From the NCBI GenBank assembly GCA_964016885.1, contig OZ024741.1, positions 225,556,001 to 225,620,000 on the forward strand: a DNA stretch of 64,000 bases, written 5' to 3'. The translations under genes were made by a program, and so were the position numbers. The notes under the pieces are model-generated. The model saw only the letters and a program-made list of their open reading frames with translations. It was not told the origin of the DNA and made no database searches. This stretch comes from Eledone cirrhosa (taxonomy: Eukaryota). Of the stretch, positions 1 through 13,594 are shown piece after piece (the stretch's first letter is position 1; each line of letters starts with the position of its first letter).

Positions 1-972
1 TACTGGAACACCCCTTCGCAGCATTGGACTTGGCAGAGCTTAATGAGAGAGGACAGCAATGTGTTCAGCAGTGGTGGAACCACATTTAGCCAAGCTTTGT
101 AACCGACACTCTTGTGGACAGACACGAGAAGAAGAATTATGTAACATTACTGTTTAATCATAGAACATTCTTTATCCGTTTGTGGAACAAAAATGTGTAG
201 AACAAAACTTTCCTTTACTTCCTGATCACCCATTGTTAACATCTAACTCTATTGATTACATTTTAATCTTTAATTGATTTGATTTGATCATCCCACCAAC
301 CTATGTTCATCCAAGCACCATAACATCTATTATCCTCGATTGATTTGATTTATTTGCACAATTTTTGCATAAACACTCCTGTCTGTATGTTTGTTTGTGT
401 GCGTGTGTGTGTATGTAAGTATGTGTGTGTGCTTGTGTGCTTGTGTGTGTTTGTGTTTGCTTGTGTGTGTATGTGTGTGTGTTTGTTTGTGTGTGTATGT
501 GTGTGTGTATGTTAGTGAATGTGTGTGTTAGTGAATGTGTGTGTGTTAGTGAATGTGTGTGTGTTGTGTGTATCGATGTTTCATCAATAAACAAATTTTG
601 AATGCAAAGCATGCAACTAAAGCGAAGGCGCATACGCCTTTGATAAGTCAGCACAATTCTTTTCCCTAGCTGATGTGACTTCAGCAGTAAGCTGGAAGAA
701 TATGAACTAGGGTACATCACTCTGAAGAAAATTAAAGATTAAAGGGAAATAACTTGCTGCGATTTCTAAAATATGGAAGTCAGGATATACTCGTATGTAT
801 ATAAGCAAATTTGTCAAGAGAACGCCGGTGGCATACATATCTGATGTATGAGGTGTTCGGGCGCACACTCACATACACATATACATGTGCAACGCCTAAC
901 ATACATATGCATATATTTTCACCTATAGATATCTGCGTACATACATACCAGTACATTCATCTATAAATAAAG

Positions 973-1424
973 GAAGAAGCTATGTAGCCGGTCTCGGTAA
1001 AACAGACTCCCAGGTGTCAGGTAACTTGCGTTGCGGCCCGAATTAAGACAATTGTTAAGACAATTTGAAATTTTTTCAAAAATCAATTTAAAAAAAAGAC
1101 AAGTTAAATTCATTTAGTCATCATCGTATTATAATTCTGCTTGTGTTTTGTCCATTCGTAACGTTTTAGTTACATCTACTGAGTTCCATGGCTTAAGAAT
1201 TTTAGCACAGACAAATATTTTCGAAATAAAGAATTTTAGCAGAAAGTCATGGCCTGGATTAAAGATAGTAGCCACTACCTGGGTTCTAAAACTATTTATT
1301 ATTTTGTGGTAAAATAATCTTCCGGGACCCTGGCTAGAATTGCATCCCTTTAGGGTTTACCAGTAAAATAAGATTAAAAAGCATGTTTGTATATTTTGCC
1401 CGGACCGGCTACGTAGCCTATTCC
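973..1424. mobile_element. Non-autonomous TIR DNA element (MITE)
   Basis: Imperfect ~30-bp terminal inverted repeats: ggaagaagctatgtagccggtctcggtaaaa and ttttgcccggaccggctacgtagcctattcc. No coding capacity. Confidence 0.6.
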
Positions 1425-1943
1425 ATAAAGAAATATTGGCAGATATATAAAGACAACTTCACCTTCTCGCATACGCATTCATACACACGCTCAACTACAG
1501 TCGGCACTAATCCATATACACATTTATAACAGAGGCGTACATGAAGGCATACAAAATGTATGTATGTGTAATAAACATATTTAAATCTCGCAATGAATCT
1601 TTTAATATTAATACCGACACGTATATATGTTATTATACATATTGTATATTACTTCATGTACATCTCTATCATGAAACACGCTATGTTAGTGCTATTATCA
1701 ATATATTTATATGTGCGTATAAATATATCCTTATAAGTATATCCATGCAAACATACGTGTATTCGGACGCTTCTGTATTAATTTTCATTCGTCGAACTTC
1801 TGTTGTTTTAAATACACCATCCACGGGATACCACATCCTCGGTGGATGATCTGCAACACGTTGAGTGCTTTAATTCTTTGCATCACCTTTTACTAAGAGA
1901 AATCACCAGTTCCAAATAACATAACACACACACACACAAAGAA

Positions 1944-1964
<21 letters not shown>

Positions 1965-1975
<11 letters not shown>

Positions 1976-2460
1976 AGATCAAAAGATGGTTAAAAGAGTT
2001 CCATATATTTTATTATGCGCATTTCAAAAACAAATATCATCATGGGATGATATTTGCGTTCTCATCAGATAAAATAGGAAGACATGATATGAAGCTTAAA
2101 AAACACTTGCGAGCAGTGAAGTGTTAAATCAACATATGAAAAATAAAATAAGATGGATATATGAGATTGGATAAAAGGAAAGGAAGAGGGAAAGAAAAGG
2201 TAAGGAAGAGGAAGAAAGAATATAGATAGATGAAAAGAAAAAATATAATAATAAGGAAAGGATGACGGAGGAGGAGTATAAGAAGGAAGGATGAGAGAGG
2301 AGGAGAAAATGAGTGAGAGAGAGAGATAACCTTTAATACTGAGAGACAATGTCTCACGTTTGATCTTATATTATTTATACTCCAGTCCTATAAACTGTTG
2401 AGTGCTACTTATCCGATATTTGCATTGCTTTATTGTGCTACAATAAAACTCACCTCCTAC
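1965..2460. mobile_element. HHR-containing non-autonomous PLE-like element with inverted 5' part
   Basis: 1971-2140 matches 39760-39925 directly, and 2359-2460 is the reverse complement of 39666-39770. Flanked by (TA)n/(CA)n. Confidence 0.7.
2006..2076 (-). ncRNA. Type I hammerhead ribozyme
   Basis: Minus strand reads tattttat-CTGATGA-gaacgcaaatatcat...atgatatttgttttt-GAAA-tgcgca-TA-ataaaata. Perfect 8-bp stem I and palindromic stem III/loop. Confidence 0.85.
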
Positions 2461-2483
2461 ACACACACACATATTAATATATA

Positions 2484-2580
<97 letters not shown>

Positions 2581-2694
2581 AGATAAGCAGAACAAGTAAA
2601 ATTCAACCAATTTTTCAAAATAAATCAAAATTAATTTACAATTAAAATTAATCAAAATTAAAAAATATAATATAAATATTTACCTATTCGAATA

Positions 2695-2775
2695 GCTCTT
2701 ACTGTACAGTTTCATTTTGCAAAACATTAGATATCACATGGATATTAATGGAAAAGCAAAGATCATCAGAGAAGC
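2695..2775 (-). ncRNA. Type I hammerhead ribozyme (repeat unit 1)
   Basis: gcttct-CTGATGA-tctttgc...gcaaaat-GAAA-ctgtacag-TA-agagc; predicted cut between 2700 and 2699. Confidence 0.8.
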
Positions 2776-3218
2776 ATTTTCCTTTCCTAGGGTTAAAAAC
2801 CCCAGGAACGATAAAATATATGACCTCACTCCAACTAATACAGGTCTGAAAGGTCGTGAAAGTGACCCATAAATACGTTGGTGTATAGTGAAGGCGGGAA
2901 ATCGTAGACTTGTTGTCTATGTTCGCTACCAAAAAAGATTTTTAGCAGCTAGATAGAACGACAGAATTTTTTCTCTACATAATCGGAGAATAATGAATAA
3001 GGTTAATATATCTGAGGGTACAATGTACCCCCAGAAATACATAGGGTGTCTATGATTTAAGGTGGTTCTATGGTAATAATTTGATATACCAGAACTTAAT
3101 ATCAAGATAAGCAGAACAAGTAAAATTCAACCAATTTTTCAAAATAAATCAAAATTAATTTACAATTAAAATTAATCAAAATTAAAAAATATAATATAAA
3201 TATTTACCTATTCGAATA

Positions 3219-3299
3219 GCTCTTACTGTACAGTTTCATTTTGCAAAACATTAGATATCACATGGATATTAATGGAAAAGCAAAGATCATCAGAGAAGC
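3219..3299 (-). ncRNA. Type I hammerhead ribozyme (repeat unit 2)
   Basis: Identical to 2695-2775. A third copy at 3743-3784 keeps only the GAAA/cleavage-site half. Confidence 0.8.
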
Positions 3300-3785
3300 A
3301 TTTTCCTTTCCTAGGGTTAAAAACCCCAGGAACGATAAAATATATGACCTCACTCCAACTAATACAGGTCTGAAAGGTCGTGAAAGTGACCCATAAATAC
3401 GTTGGTGTATAGTGAAGGCGGGAAATCGTAGACTTGTTGTCTATGTTCGCTACCAAAAAAGATTTTTAGCAGCTAGATAGAACGACAGAATTTTTTCTCT
3501 ACATAATCGGAGAATAATGAATAAGGTTAATATATCTGAGGGTACAATGTACCCCCAGAAATACATAGGGTGTCTATGATTTAAGGTGGTTCTATGGTAA
3601 TAATTTGATATACCAGAACTTAATATCAAGATAAGCAGAACAAGTAAAATTCAACCAATTTTTCAAAATAAATCAAAATTAATTTACAATTAAAATTAAT
3701 CAAAATTAAAAAATATAATATAAATATTTACCTATTCGAGTAGCTCTTACTGTACAGTTTCACTTTGCAAAACATTAGATATCAT

Positions 3786-3817
<32 letters not shown>

Positions 3818-3872
3818 ATTCAAGAGATAAAAGTAACATGGTTGTCTTTACAATAAGGGCTTTATTCACAGT

Positions 3873-3979
3873 GCTGACAATTGCTTCTTTGATCTGGTAG
3901 GTCTAGAGTTCGCTAATCGCTAGATGTTGCGTCAATCGAACTCCAATACTTTGTTTATAACCAGTTAATTCATCAGAGC
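3873..3979 (-). ncRNA. Degenerate hammerhead ribozyme
   Basis: gct-CTGATGA-attaactggt...accagatcaaa-GAAG-caattg-TC-agc. GAAA is changed to GAAG and stem II is long. Confidence 0.5.
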
Positions 3980-4548
3980 GAGCGAATGTGAGGGTAGTAT
4001 ACAAGGCATGGCTTTTATAGAGGAGTGATATTAGACCAGAACAATAATATCAATAACAAAATAACTAGATACTGAATAGTTAAATTAATAACATCAATAT
4101 AAGTGAGAAATAGAATATAATGATAAAATGATAAAACTAGCATGGTAACCGAAGTGGTATGATACAAATGTATGAAGTTGACATGTGAAAACTACTATAG
4201 GTTATTTTAGACGTAGTTTTTGAGGGATGGAGAGATAACTAATAAAATGTACCCAGAGAGAGATTTTTGGAATCTGCCCCTTTAAGTGCAATTATGAGTG
4301 ATCTAGATACAAATGGGCTGAGGTTCTAAAGGCACGCTAGCAATAAACCGGAGATTGATTTATGGTCTGATAGATAAGTATTTTCGTTGTATTAACTTAG
4401 TTCGAATCATGGGGGTTTAGTTTTCACAACTTCGATGACAAATAGCGTATAATTAAGACAATAAATCAACAATAAAATATGCATGGTAAATAGATAGAGA
4501 AAATGATGAATAAAATTAGGGAAAGGGTACATTAAGATGATCAAAATA

Positions 4549-4978
4549 GTAATTGTTTCTACTTTTGGCACAAGGCCAGCAATTACTCAGTGCATTACTG
4601 GTACTTTATTTTATCGACCCCGTAAGGATGAAAGGCAAAGTTAACCTCGGCGGGATTTGAACTCAGATCATACAGGGAGGTAACTCTATGCTTCAAAGCA
4701 TGGCGTCCGACCCTCTACCGATACTGCCATTCCACCGCCTATAATAGTAATAAGAGGAAAATAAGAAAGTAAGAGTTTCAAGGAGTGTAAGGGTAATAAT
4801 TGTTTCTACTTTTGGCACAAGGCCAGCAATTATCTCAGTGTATTACTGGTACTTTCTTTTCTCGACCCCTTAAGGATGAAAGGCAAAGTTAACCTCGGCT
4901 TGTTTTAAACTCAGTCCGTAAAGGGACGTAACTTTATGCTTCAAAGCATGGCGTCCGACCCTCTACCGATACTGCCAA
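4549..4978 (-). mobile_element. Two adjacent tRNA-derived SINE copies (4549-4740, 4795-4978)
   Basis: Minus-strand A-box-like TGGCAGTATCGG, B-box GTTCAAATC (first copy), and body actttgcctttcatcctt...gtaccagtaatgcactg...ggccttgtgccaaaagtagaaac. The family recurs about 14 times in the window. Confidence 0.85.
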
Positions 4979-5144
4979 TATAATGTACTTAGAATTAGGT
5001 TCATCTGTTAGAGATCATGGGTGCTAATGTGAGATATGTAGATACAATTGTTTGGTCCGAAAGAATAAACAACAGCAAATGCTAGATTGATTTATGGCTG
5101 ACATGATAATTGGTAGATGTTTGTAGATATTATTGCCCCATCTT

Positions 5145-5404
<260 letters not shown>

Positions 5405-5780
5405 GGTAAACATTGATGCAATTCAATTCAAGCACTCAACGTACTTTTTCCACATAGGTGTGACGGAGTAAATATCGAATAAGGAAAAGCGAAGTAGTTT
5501 CAGATGTTCAAGTCCTTTAATAAGATGGGTAGCAGTAAAATATAGTACAGGCATGGGTGGGCCATTGTTTGGCTGACAGGGTGAACTGACTAAGCGGAAT
5601 TTCGTTGAAATCTGCGGTGGCTAATGGTCGACTTCCTTCGGACATGCGCTTGCGCAGACCGGCGGGGGTGAATTGGTACTCACAAGGGAACGGATGAAAA
5701 GCCCAAAAGCACGCAATTCATCCGTTCCCATGTCGATTCAATTTGGATTGCCTCGGAAACATAACCTTATTATATAACAA

Positions 5781-5854
5781 GCTGTCTGATGATGACACGA
5801 CACTCGCACACAGAACAGTGTGGCCAGTGTCGTCATTGAAATATATATCACAGC
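5781..5854 (+). ncRNA. Type I hammerhead ribozyme
   Basis: gctgt-CTGATGA-tgacacgacact...agtgtcgtcatt-GAAA-tatata-TC-acagc. It lies in a (TA)n-flanked element (5401-5906) with ~47-bp inverted repeats at 5477-5523 and 5859-5905. Confidence 0.85.
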
Positions 5855-5939
5855 ATTATTATTAAAGGACTTGAACATCTGAAACTACTTCGCTTTTCCT
5901 TATTCTATATATATATATATATATATATACATATGTATA

Positions 5940-5985
<46 letters not shown>

Positions 5986-6246
5986 GACTAGTAATATGTG
6001 GTTGCATAACTATTGTTTATCTGTCAATCTATCTTTACTATTTGTTTTATTTTCATTGTTCAAAACACACTTATCCATATGACACTCTGTAATTCGTTTC
6101 GAATCTACAATGATGTCTTATGCGATGAAAGCCTACTACAAAACCAATAGGTCTCGTCGCATGATCTCGCTGGAATCATTTCTTCAAGACAACCATGCTT
6201 TTGGCCCTGCTATTAACAGATCGATACCAGTATATATATATATATA

Positions 6247-6289
<43 letters not shown>

Positions 6290-6827
6290 GTTTTCATGAA
6301 ATAGTCTTTAAGACTATACAGAGCATTTGAAGTTTTTCCAAATTGAAGGATGAGTATTTTAGACTATATTTTATCATGAGTTAAGGCTCGATTGATTTTT
6401 CCCTGGATTTCACTGAATTCAGTGAATGAATTTATATCCTGATTCTCTTTGAGATGAGTTTGAATTATTTTTCCCACATCTTACGTTAACTATTTTTCCC
6501 ATTTTGACGCTATAGTCGCATATATGTTATGGAATACTGTTAGCTTCTCGCTACAACAATTTCTATACCTTTCATTTATTATATATATAATTCAAAAGTA
6601 AAAGATATATATACATATATCTTTTACTTTTGAATGGTTATAGCTCTGGACAAAGTCTATTGAGCTCTTTAATTCAGAAGCATACAAATCAAGCATATTT
6701 TTGATTCATCACTTTTGTGTATATATATGGAGGAACTTGTAGTTTACTTAAAGCATTGTATATTGTATAAAGAATGCAAAGTTTGAAAACTACGACAATG
6801 CTAAATGAACGAATAAATAAATAAACA

Positions 6828-6992
6828 AGTCGGATGTAACAAGAAGTGTTTTTACCTTAATTTATTCATATGTCCTGATATGTCGGACACTGGATTATTC
6901 CGTTTATTTTCCGCGGAACAAGAGATTTTAATCTCGAAATATCAGGAAATATAAATAAATTAAGGTAAAAACACTTCTTGTTACATCCGACT
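6828..6992. repeat. Short inverted-repeat element (MITE-like)
   Basis: agtcggatgtaacaagaagtgtttttaccttaatttatt...tcctgatat is inverted at ~6934-6992 (~60-bp arms). Confidence 0.7.
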
Positions 6993-7051
6993 ATTTATTT
7001 ATCCATCCATTCCGCATTTTCGTGGCTTTCAATCCCCTCTCTCTCTCTCTC

Positions 7052-7126
<75 letters not shown>

Positions 7127-7222
7127 TTATATATATATATATATATTAGAAAGTGAGGTTGTTTTTTTTGTTTTTTTTTTTACAAGATGAAAAATAACCG
7201 AGGTGTCCTACACGAGTGAAAG

Positions 7223-7377
7223 TATAAAGAAAAAAAGATGAAATCGAAAATGCAACTGGAGTCTTATTTTTAAAAAGATATATATATTTATTTGGTTCCT
7301 TTACCGGTTTCGCAAATAAATATATATATCTTTTTAAAAATAAGACTCCAGCTGCATTTTCGATTTCATCTTTTTTT

Positions 7378-7384
<7 letters not shown>
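7223..7384. repeat. Fold-back element in (TA)n
   Basis: ~70-bp arms at 7223-7293 and 7313-7384. The loop reads GAAA-ccgg-TA on the minus strand, resembling the 3' half of an HHR. Confidence 0.75.
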
Positions 7385-7413
<29 letters not shown>

Positions 7414-7415
<2 letters not shown>

Positions 7416-10400
7416 TGGTAGCCGGGCGCACACAATTTTGCTGGTAAGTTTCTGTCAATTTATTTACAAAAAACAGAAATTCTTGTTTAAAAAAACACAT
7501 CGATTTGTAGATTAAGCCCCAGGCTGAATTGTCAGCTGGGTGGCAATCTCATTTTTCGCCCCCACAGGGGCGAAAATTTAATTTGAAATTAATTTGAGAA
7601 CTGTTAAATTTTTTTTATATTTTGGCATCAGCAATGGCTAGCGTACAAAGAACGCTAGCGAACGTTGAAGAAGGAAAAAGAAAAGAAGAATTAGACTTTA
7701 ACGTTGGTAAGAGCTTTACCTGTATCGATGTAGTTGATAACAAAGTTTTGTGTAACGAAAGTGAAGTAGACAACACAAATTGAACCACACAGTGTACAAC
7801 AGACACCAAAAAACAACAGAACAAACAACAGAAAATAAAACTATTGAAACAACTACAACCAGAAAAACCGACAATCACAACAACAACAACACAAAAATAA
7901 CTTTTGCGCAAACAGTCATCAAAACACAAGAGTTCAAGGATCTCGATATCTCCAATGCGAAACAGATGCTCTCTGAAGCAAAGGAGTTTATCACTTTCGG
8001 TGAAAACGGTGGATTTCAGATAAACTTACCCGCAGAAATTCGTCTGGAAACACTTCGAAGGACAGTTACCTTCAGAACTGTTTCAAATGAAACAAAACGA
8101 CCAGCATTCCTCAGTCAAGGGGAAATTGAGGCAACCTTGAAGGAGATATTGCCAGACATTGACTTTATGCAGAGGGCCAAACAGTACGGGAGTATTTCGG
8201 TACTCCTTAAAAGCGAGGCCCTTGCACAAAGATACTCATTGACGCCAATACTAACACAAAAATGCACCTTTTTCTCTACATACCTGGGAAAAAGGACACA
8301 AAAAATTAGAGTTTCAAACATACCACCAAATATTAATATTTGGTGGATATTAGCAGGATTTTTAGAGGAGAGAAAAGACACCATTCTCTCCATCAAAATG
8401 TCAACCAGACACACCTGGTCTGGTACAAATTTGGAGATTCTGGTGCAAATGAGCCCGGAAAAAGTGCTGGTTGACAACAACAGCCACATCAGTATTTCGG
8501 TTGAGGGATGAACACCACATTGATTTCGTTGCAATAGTACCACACACCTAAAGGCTTCCTGCGCTTTACAAACACGCTCAACCAATACAATCCAAAAGAA
8601 AACACTGTTACCAACACCAACACCAAAACAACCACCACCAGAACAACAACAACACACGAAACATGCAAACACACCAAAACAAACAGCCACTCAACCAACA
8701 ACAACAGAAAAACACAGACAGCACCCCTGAAGAACACAGCCCCATCCCATCCCACTCCATCAAACACAACCAGAAACACACACACCGAAACACCATCACC
8801 ACACAACATACCCCTACCCCACACCCCTGATGTGATTATTCACAACAGATGAGGTTGCTTCTCCTTCTTTAAGTGAAGAAGGAGAGCCTCGGAAATCCCA
8901 AAAGCAAAAAAATAGACACCACAAAACCCCCTAAACTCCGATCACCAACACCAACACACAACCACAGACAAAACAACAACACAAACAATGCCACAGTCAA
9001 GCACCCCCCTACCAGCAAAACCAACACCAACACCACCCCAAACATAAGCCCCCACCATAAAAAGAAAACTCCCGAACTAACAACAAACAATAACAACACA
9101 ACAATACGCATACATCAACACAAACAACAAAAGTTTGATGGAGGTCATCTCCCAAAACCTCAAGGTGGAGACGGAGGGCAAAACTTTTGTTAAAGCAGAA
9201 TCATCTCCACACCTTAAACTTATAAGGGTTTCTATATAGACCTATAGTGACCTGAAGAAAAAAATGTTCGCAGGACGTGGGCAACCCCTGCCGGAAACCC
9301 ATCAACCGCGTCCTTTTAAAATGTTTCCCCACCTCACCCAACACCCCCTCCAGCACCCAAATGGAGATTGAACAACCCGTTCTCCAGGAAACGAAAAGGT
9401 AAGTGTACCTTTTCGTCCTGCTTCGCCAACTCTTCTCCACCAACATAGATAGTTTACGAGTTGGAAGCGTGAATGTGCGTGGCTTAGGTATGCCCTGCAA
9501 ACAGGACCAACTTTTAAACGACCTTAGGTCACACGGTATGGATGTGATAGCCATCATGGAGTCCAGGATCCACATCAGGCAGCAACTAACCCCCATCTTC
9601 AATGACTTTGAGATCTACGCAACTCTCTGTCAGCCAGGAGGTGGAGGGGGAGTGGCTGTCATGTTTCGGAAGAACCTGGACGTCGAAGTACAGCAAGTAC
9701 ACTTGGACCCGGAGGGTAGACTGGTAGTCCTAGACGTGAACAGTATTGGAGGTGGAGCCTTCAGACTGGTGGCCGTTTATGCCCTGACCGGGCAATCGCA
9801 ATCACGGCCAGACTTCTTTAAGCGTCTAGAGTCTTTTCTGGGAACGTCTCGCTCCTTACTTTTAGTGGGGGACTGCAATAGTATCCTAGATGCACGATGG
9901 GACTATGTGGGAGCATGTCCCAGTAGAGGGGGGTGCAACAGCCTCAGAACTTTAATCGGCCAATTCCAACTGGCCGATAGGTATCGACTGGATTTCCCGA
10001 CTGCACCACAGTGGACGTGGACAAACCTCAGCGGGACATCTACATCGTATTTAGATAGGTTCTTCATTAGAGAAAGGGACAAGGAGATGTTAAGCTGTCC
10101 ACGAATGCACATGGTTGCCTATTCAGACCACAAATTAGTCGTCTGCATAGTCAACCGTGATAGAACACATAGACAGGGACCCGGATACTGGAAGCTGAAC
10201 GTGTCGATGCCGGCACGTAAAGCTTACAGTGAACGGATAAGTAGACTAGTCAAGCAACATTTAACGGGAGCCATCGTCAACAATAGATGGTAGTACTCTA
10301 TCAAGAAAGCAATTAGAGTAGAATCGATAGGGTTTAGCAGAGAGTTAGCCTTAGGGAAAAACAAAATAGAAAGAGAATTAGTAGCCAAGGTAGGAGAGGC

Positions 10401-11955
10401 GCTTAGGAGTGGAAACGTAGCTAGAGTGCTAGCAACGAGAACGGCACCGGACCAGTTCTTCGACGCGAAACACGAAGGCTGCGTGGTCAGAAGCAAAGCA
10501 CGTGCTCTAGGAAACGAAGGAGCGAAAGCTGTCAGCTGGGCCTGAGTGGCGGAGGAAAAAAGTGGCAACAAGTCCACGATTCGGTCTTTGAAAGACGAAA
10601 ACAGACGCGTGCTACTTGACCTCAAGCAAATGTGCGCGGCCTTTCAGCAGCACTTTGCGTGACTCTTTGAGCAGAACGGCGGTGAGCCGGAAGGGGCAAT
10701 GGACTTTAGTTCATACCACGACGGCCTGCCCGCATCTCTAGAACATTGAGTTCTGCGAAAGACCGATCACGGACACTGAGATATGGGACGCTCTGGGCCG
10801 CTGCGGGAAACGCAAGTCACTCGGTCTAGATGGTCTACCCTATGAATTTTACATAGGCATGTCGGACTTGTTCTCTGGCGTCCTCGAAGCCGTCTACTGC
10901 AATTGGCAGTAGAACGGGAGAATTCCCCGTTCTGCAGGCAAGGGCGTAGTAACGCTGATCAGGAAAGACGAGAACAAGGGGGACGAACTAAGCAACTTTA
11001 GGCCCATACCTCTGCTCAACACAGAGTTAAATATTTTGGCCATGGTGTTGGCAACGATGTGGGCGCTTGTTGTCGAGAACCTGGTAGGGAAAGCGCAAAC
11101 CTGTGCAATCCCGACCAGGTCCATACACGACAACCGCCACCTCATGCGATACATCATAGAGATGGTGGGGTGTAAACCCGGCTTTGGTGGGGCTCTGATC
11201 AATTTAGATCAGTCTAAGGCGTTTGATAGGGTCAACCATCGATACTTGGAAGCAGTTCTCAAGGCGGCCGGTTTCGGACCCGTCTTCTCAGGCTGGATCG
11301 CCGCAATGCACACAACATCTGTTCGATGGTCAAGTTGAACGGCTACCTATCGGAGACGTTCGCAATCACGCGTTCCATCCGACAGAGATGCCCTCTCTCC
11401 TCCATTCTGTACGTACTGACTCTAGAGCCACTACTGCGGAAGCTGCAGCTGCTGCAGGGCATTCCGTTTGAACCGGGACTGCGGAGAGCGACGTCGGCTT
11501 ATGCCGACGACGTGACGGTAGTGGTGTTGGATGCCTCCGAAATCGGGGTGATTGGCAACTTACTGCAGCAATACGAAAGGCTCACAGGAGCAAAACTGAA
11601 CCCGGACAAGTCTGTCGGTTTGCAACTCGGAACGTGGAGAGGCAAACTGATGCCGTGCAACAGCATCGTCGGATGCTGGACGGACGGACCGATGAAATTA
11701 CTCGGAGAGACTCTAGGCGTCGAAGACGACGAACTCACCAGTCTGTTTGGTAGGACTTTCCGCCCGGGATCTATGGACAACTTCCAGAGGTTCCGAGCCT
11801 GGTAGTGCTACCGAGGAGCTCTACCAGTTCGTGACAAGATCTACTGAAACGGACAGGGATCCTTCCAAGAGGACGTGTCCAAGATGCGGGCAGGACATTG
11901 AAACCGTCCTGCACGCAATTGTACACTTCCCGAGCGTAACCGACCCGTGGAACTA
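7414..11955 (+). mobile_element. Decayed Tx1/L1-clade LINE (ORF1 plus APE-RT ORF2), internally deleted
   Basis: ORF1 remnants at 7634-9350. APE motifs SVNVRGL, GDCNS, YLDRFF, SDH and GPGYWKLN (9403-10293). RT motifs LDQSKAFDRV, RQRCPLS and AYADDV. C-terminal CPRC..ET..H. Multiple stops and frameshifts. Confidence 0.9.
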
Positions 11956-12300
11956 CCTTATCAGTTGAATTTTCCTTGAATAGTGAATTTAAAGAACGGA
12001 TTTTTCAAAATTGTTAGGAGGAGTATGCAAATGAATATGTAAATGAGGTTGAGGTATATGTTTGAAAAACCGTTATTTTAAACGCTATGGAAAATTTAGA
12101 CATATGTTTATATTAGTAGGAGAGAAAGAAAGAAAAAGAAAAAGGAAAAAGAAAAAGAAGACGAAGAAGACCACATATATACGTTAATTTTTGGGGAAAA
12201 AAAAGAAATATTTACCTATATTATGTATATACTTATATGGAGAATTATGTTTGTAAGTATTTATCTTATTACAATATTGTATTGAGTTAAAAATATAAAT
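11955..12300. repeat. Diverged inverted copy of ~13880-14172
   Basis: taccttatcagttgaattttccttg...gtaagtatttatcttattacaatattg is the reverse complement of the 13.9-14.17 kb segment. Confidence 0.7.
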
Positions 12301-12594
12301 ATCTATATATATTTTAATAATAGCTTATGTATTATTATTAAAGAGATATAGATAATTTGAAATTATTAGTTGTTCATAATATGAGTTACGAGGGTGTTGA
12401 TTTTGTATTTTATGTAGATAAATAGGTAGTTAAAGTTATGAATTTATATATTTGAATATCTTGTTCGGCATTGAGAATGTTTTAATTTAACGCAGTTACG
12501 TATATAATAATGGAATAAGTTTATATGATTCAAATAACTACAATTTTGTTTGTTAATCGATAATTTTTAAGAGTTAGTGTGAGATTAATTAAGA

Positions 12595-12870
12595 CTTAGG
12601 GAGGGTCATGTTGCCAATAAGAAACACACGCACCAGATGCTTTCACTTCAATTTATTATAATAAATTTATAATAAATTTATAAACTTATAAATTTCTGGT
12701 TGGTTGGTTGGTTCCACAACCAGATAGTTGTTTATATATTGTCATAGTTCTTTCGTCACACACTCTGTGACCTCTTCAGTGACTGGGGATTCCTTTCTTT
12801 GTTTCTGTGCCTCTCCTTTGTTCTGTCCTACGCCATTTTGTTTCTGTGTGTGTATTGTGTGCTCAGTCTG
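12595..12870 (-). mobile_element. Solo pLTR of the Penelope-like family with a minimal HHR (12741-12783)
   Basis: Co-linear with 27690-27945. Minus strand gtca-CTGAAGA-ggtcac...gtgac-GAAA-gaac-TA-tgac. Confidence 0.75.
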
Positions 12871-13541
12871 CGCTAATAGCGATACTCCGGCCAAATCCCC
12901 ACTCACTCAACAAACATTAGGAAATAAGTGAGTATATTCCTAATTAAACGTTCGGGTGCTAACTAATTGTATTGTGTGGAAAATTGGCTGTATCATTTCA
13001 TATGAGATATATCAAATATATCTCTTCCCAGACGGGCGTCTCGTTTTATTATAAGATTCCTACAAGTTGGGTGAAATTATACCAATTTATATAGAAGCTT
13101 GTATAAGATCAAGAGATACTTATTCAAGTGGGTTCTTATAATTCTTCAGTGGGTGCCCAATAATATTAATATTGATAATCAAATCAACATCAATATTTAG
13201 CGATAATCACCATCAGTGCTTAAGGTAGCTGCTAGGTTGCTAGCCCAGCAGTTCTAAAGAAATTCTCATACTGTCTCAAAAATGAGGAAGGGGACTACCG
13301 CCAAAAAACAATACATGCGCAGGACAATGAATTCAAAAAGGAATTCAAGCCACGTGCTAGAACTCAATTGGAATTTGAAAATATATATATATATATTAAA
13401 GAGTTAAACAAGATTCAATGAGTACATTAAAGAATGAGTTTTACAGTAGATTGGAAGCACTCTACTGTAAAAATAATTTTCCAGAGTTATTAATATTAAA
13501 ATACAAATATTATTAAAATAGATGTTCTTTTGATCAATTAA

Positions 13542-13594
13542 ATTTTATTATACATATTTCAGAGGTACAACAGTATGTCCTCATCAGACAAAAT
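13542..13594 (-). ncRNA. Type I hammerhead ribozyme
   Basis: attttgt-CTGATGA-ggacatac...gtacctct-GAAA-tatgta-TA-ataaaat. Same family as 55510-55780. Confidence 0.75.

Larger units (their letters stand above)
2575..3785 (-). mobile_element. Retrozyme-like tandem repeat, 524-bp unit x ~2.3, one HHR per unit
   Basis: Near-identical units start at 2577, 3101 and 3625; the duplicated 77-aa ORFs in the track are offset by exactly 524. (TA)n on both sides. Confidence 0.85.

Noticed and set aside
2699-3456. Duplicated 77-aa ORF in the 524-bp repeat
   Set aside because: It has a non-ATG start and no recognisable motif, and it overlaps the ribozyme. There is no evidence of coding, although translation of a circular RNA cannot be excluded.
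4549-4740. tRNA gene suggested by A/B boxes
   Set aside because: No cloverleaf; it is a multi-copy SINE head.
6070-6195. Possible minus-strand HHR (TTGAAGA...GAAA-cgaatt)
   Set aside because: The core is mutated, and stems I and III are unconvincing.
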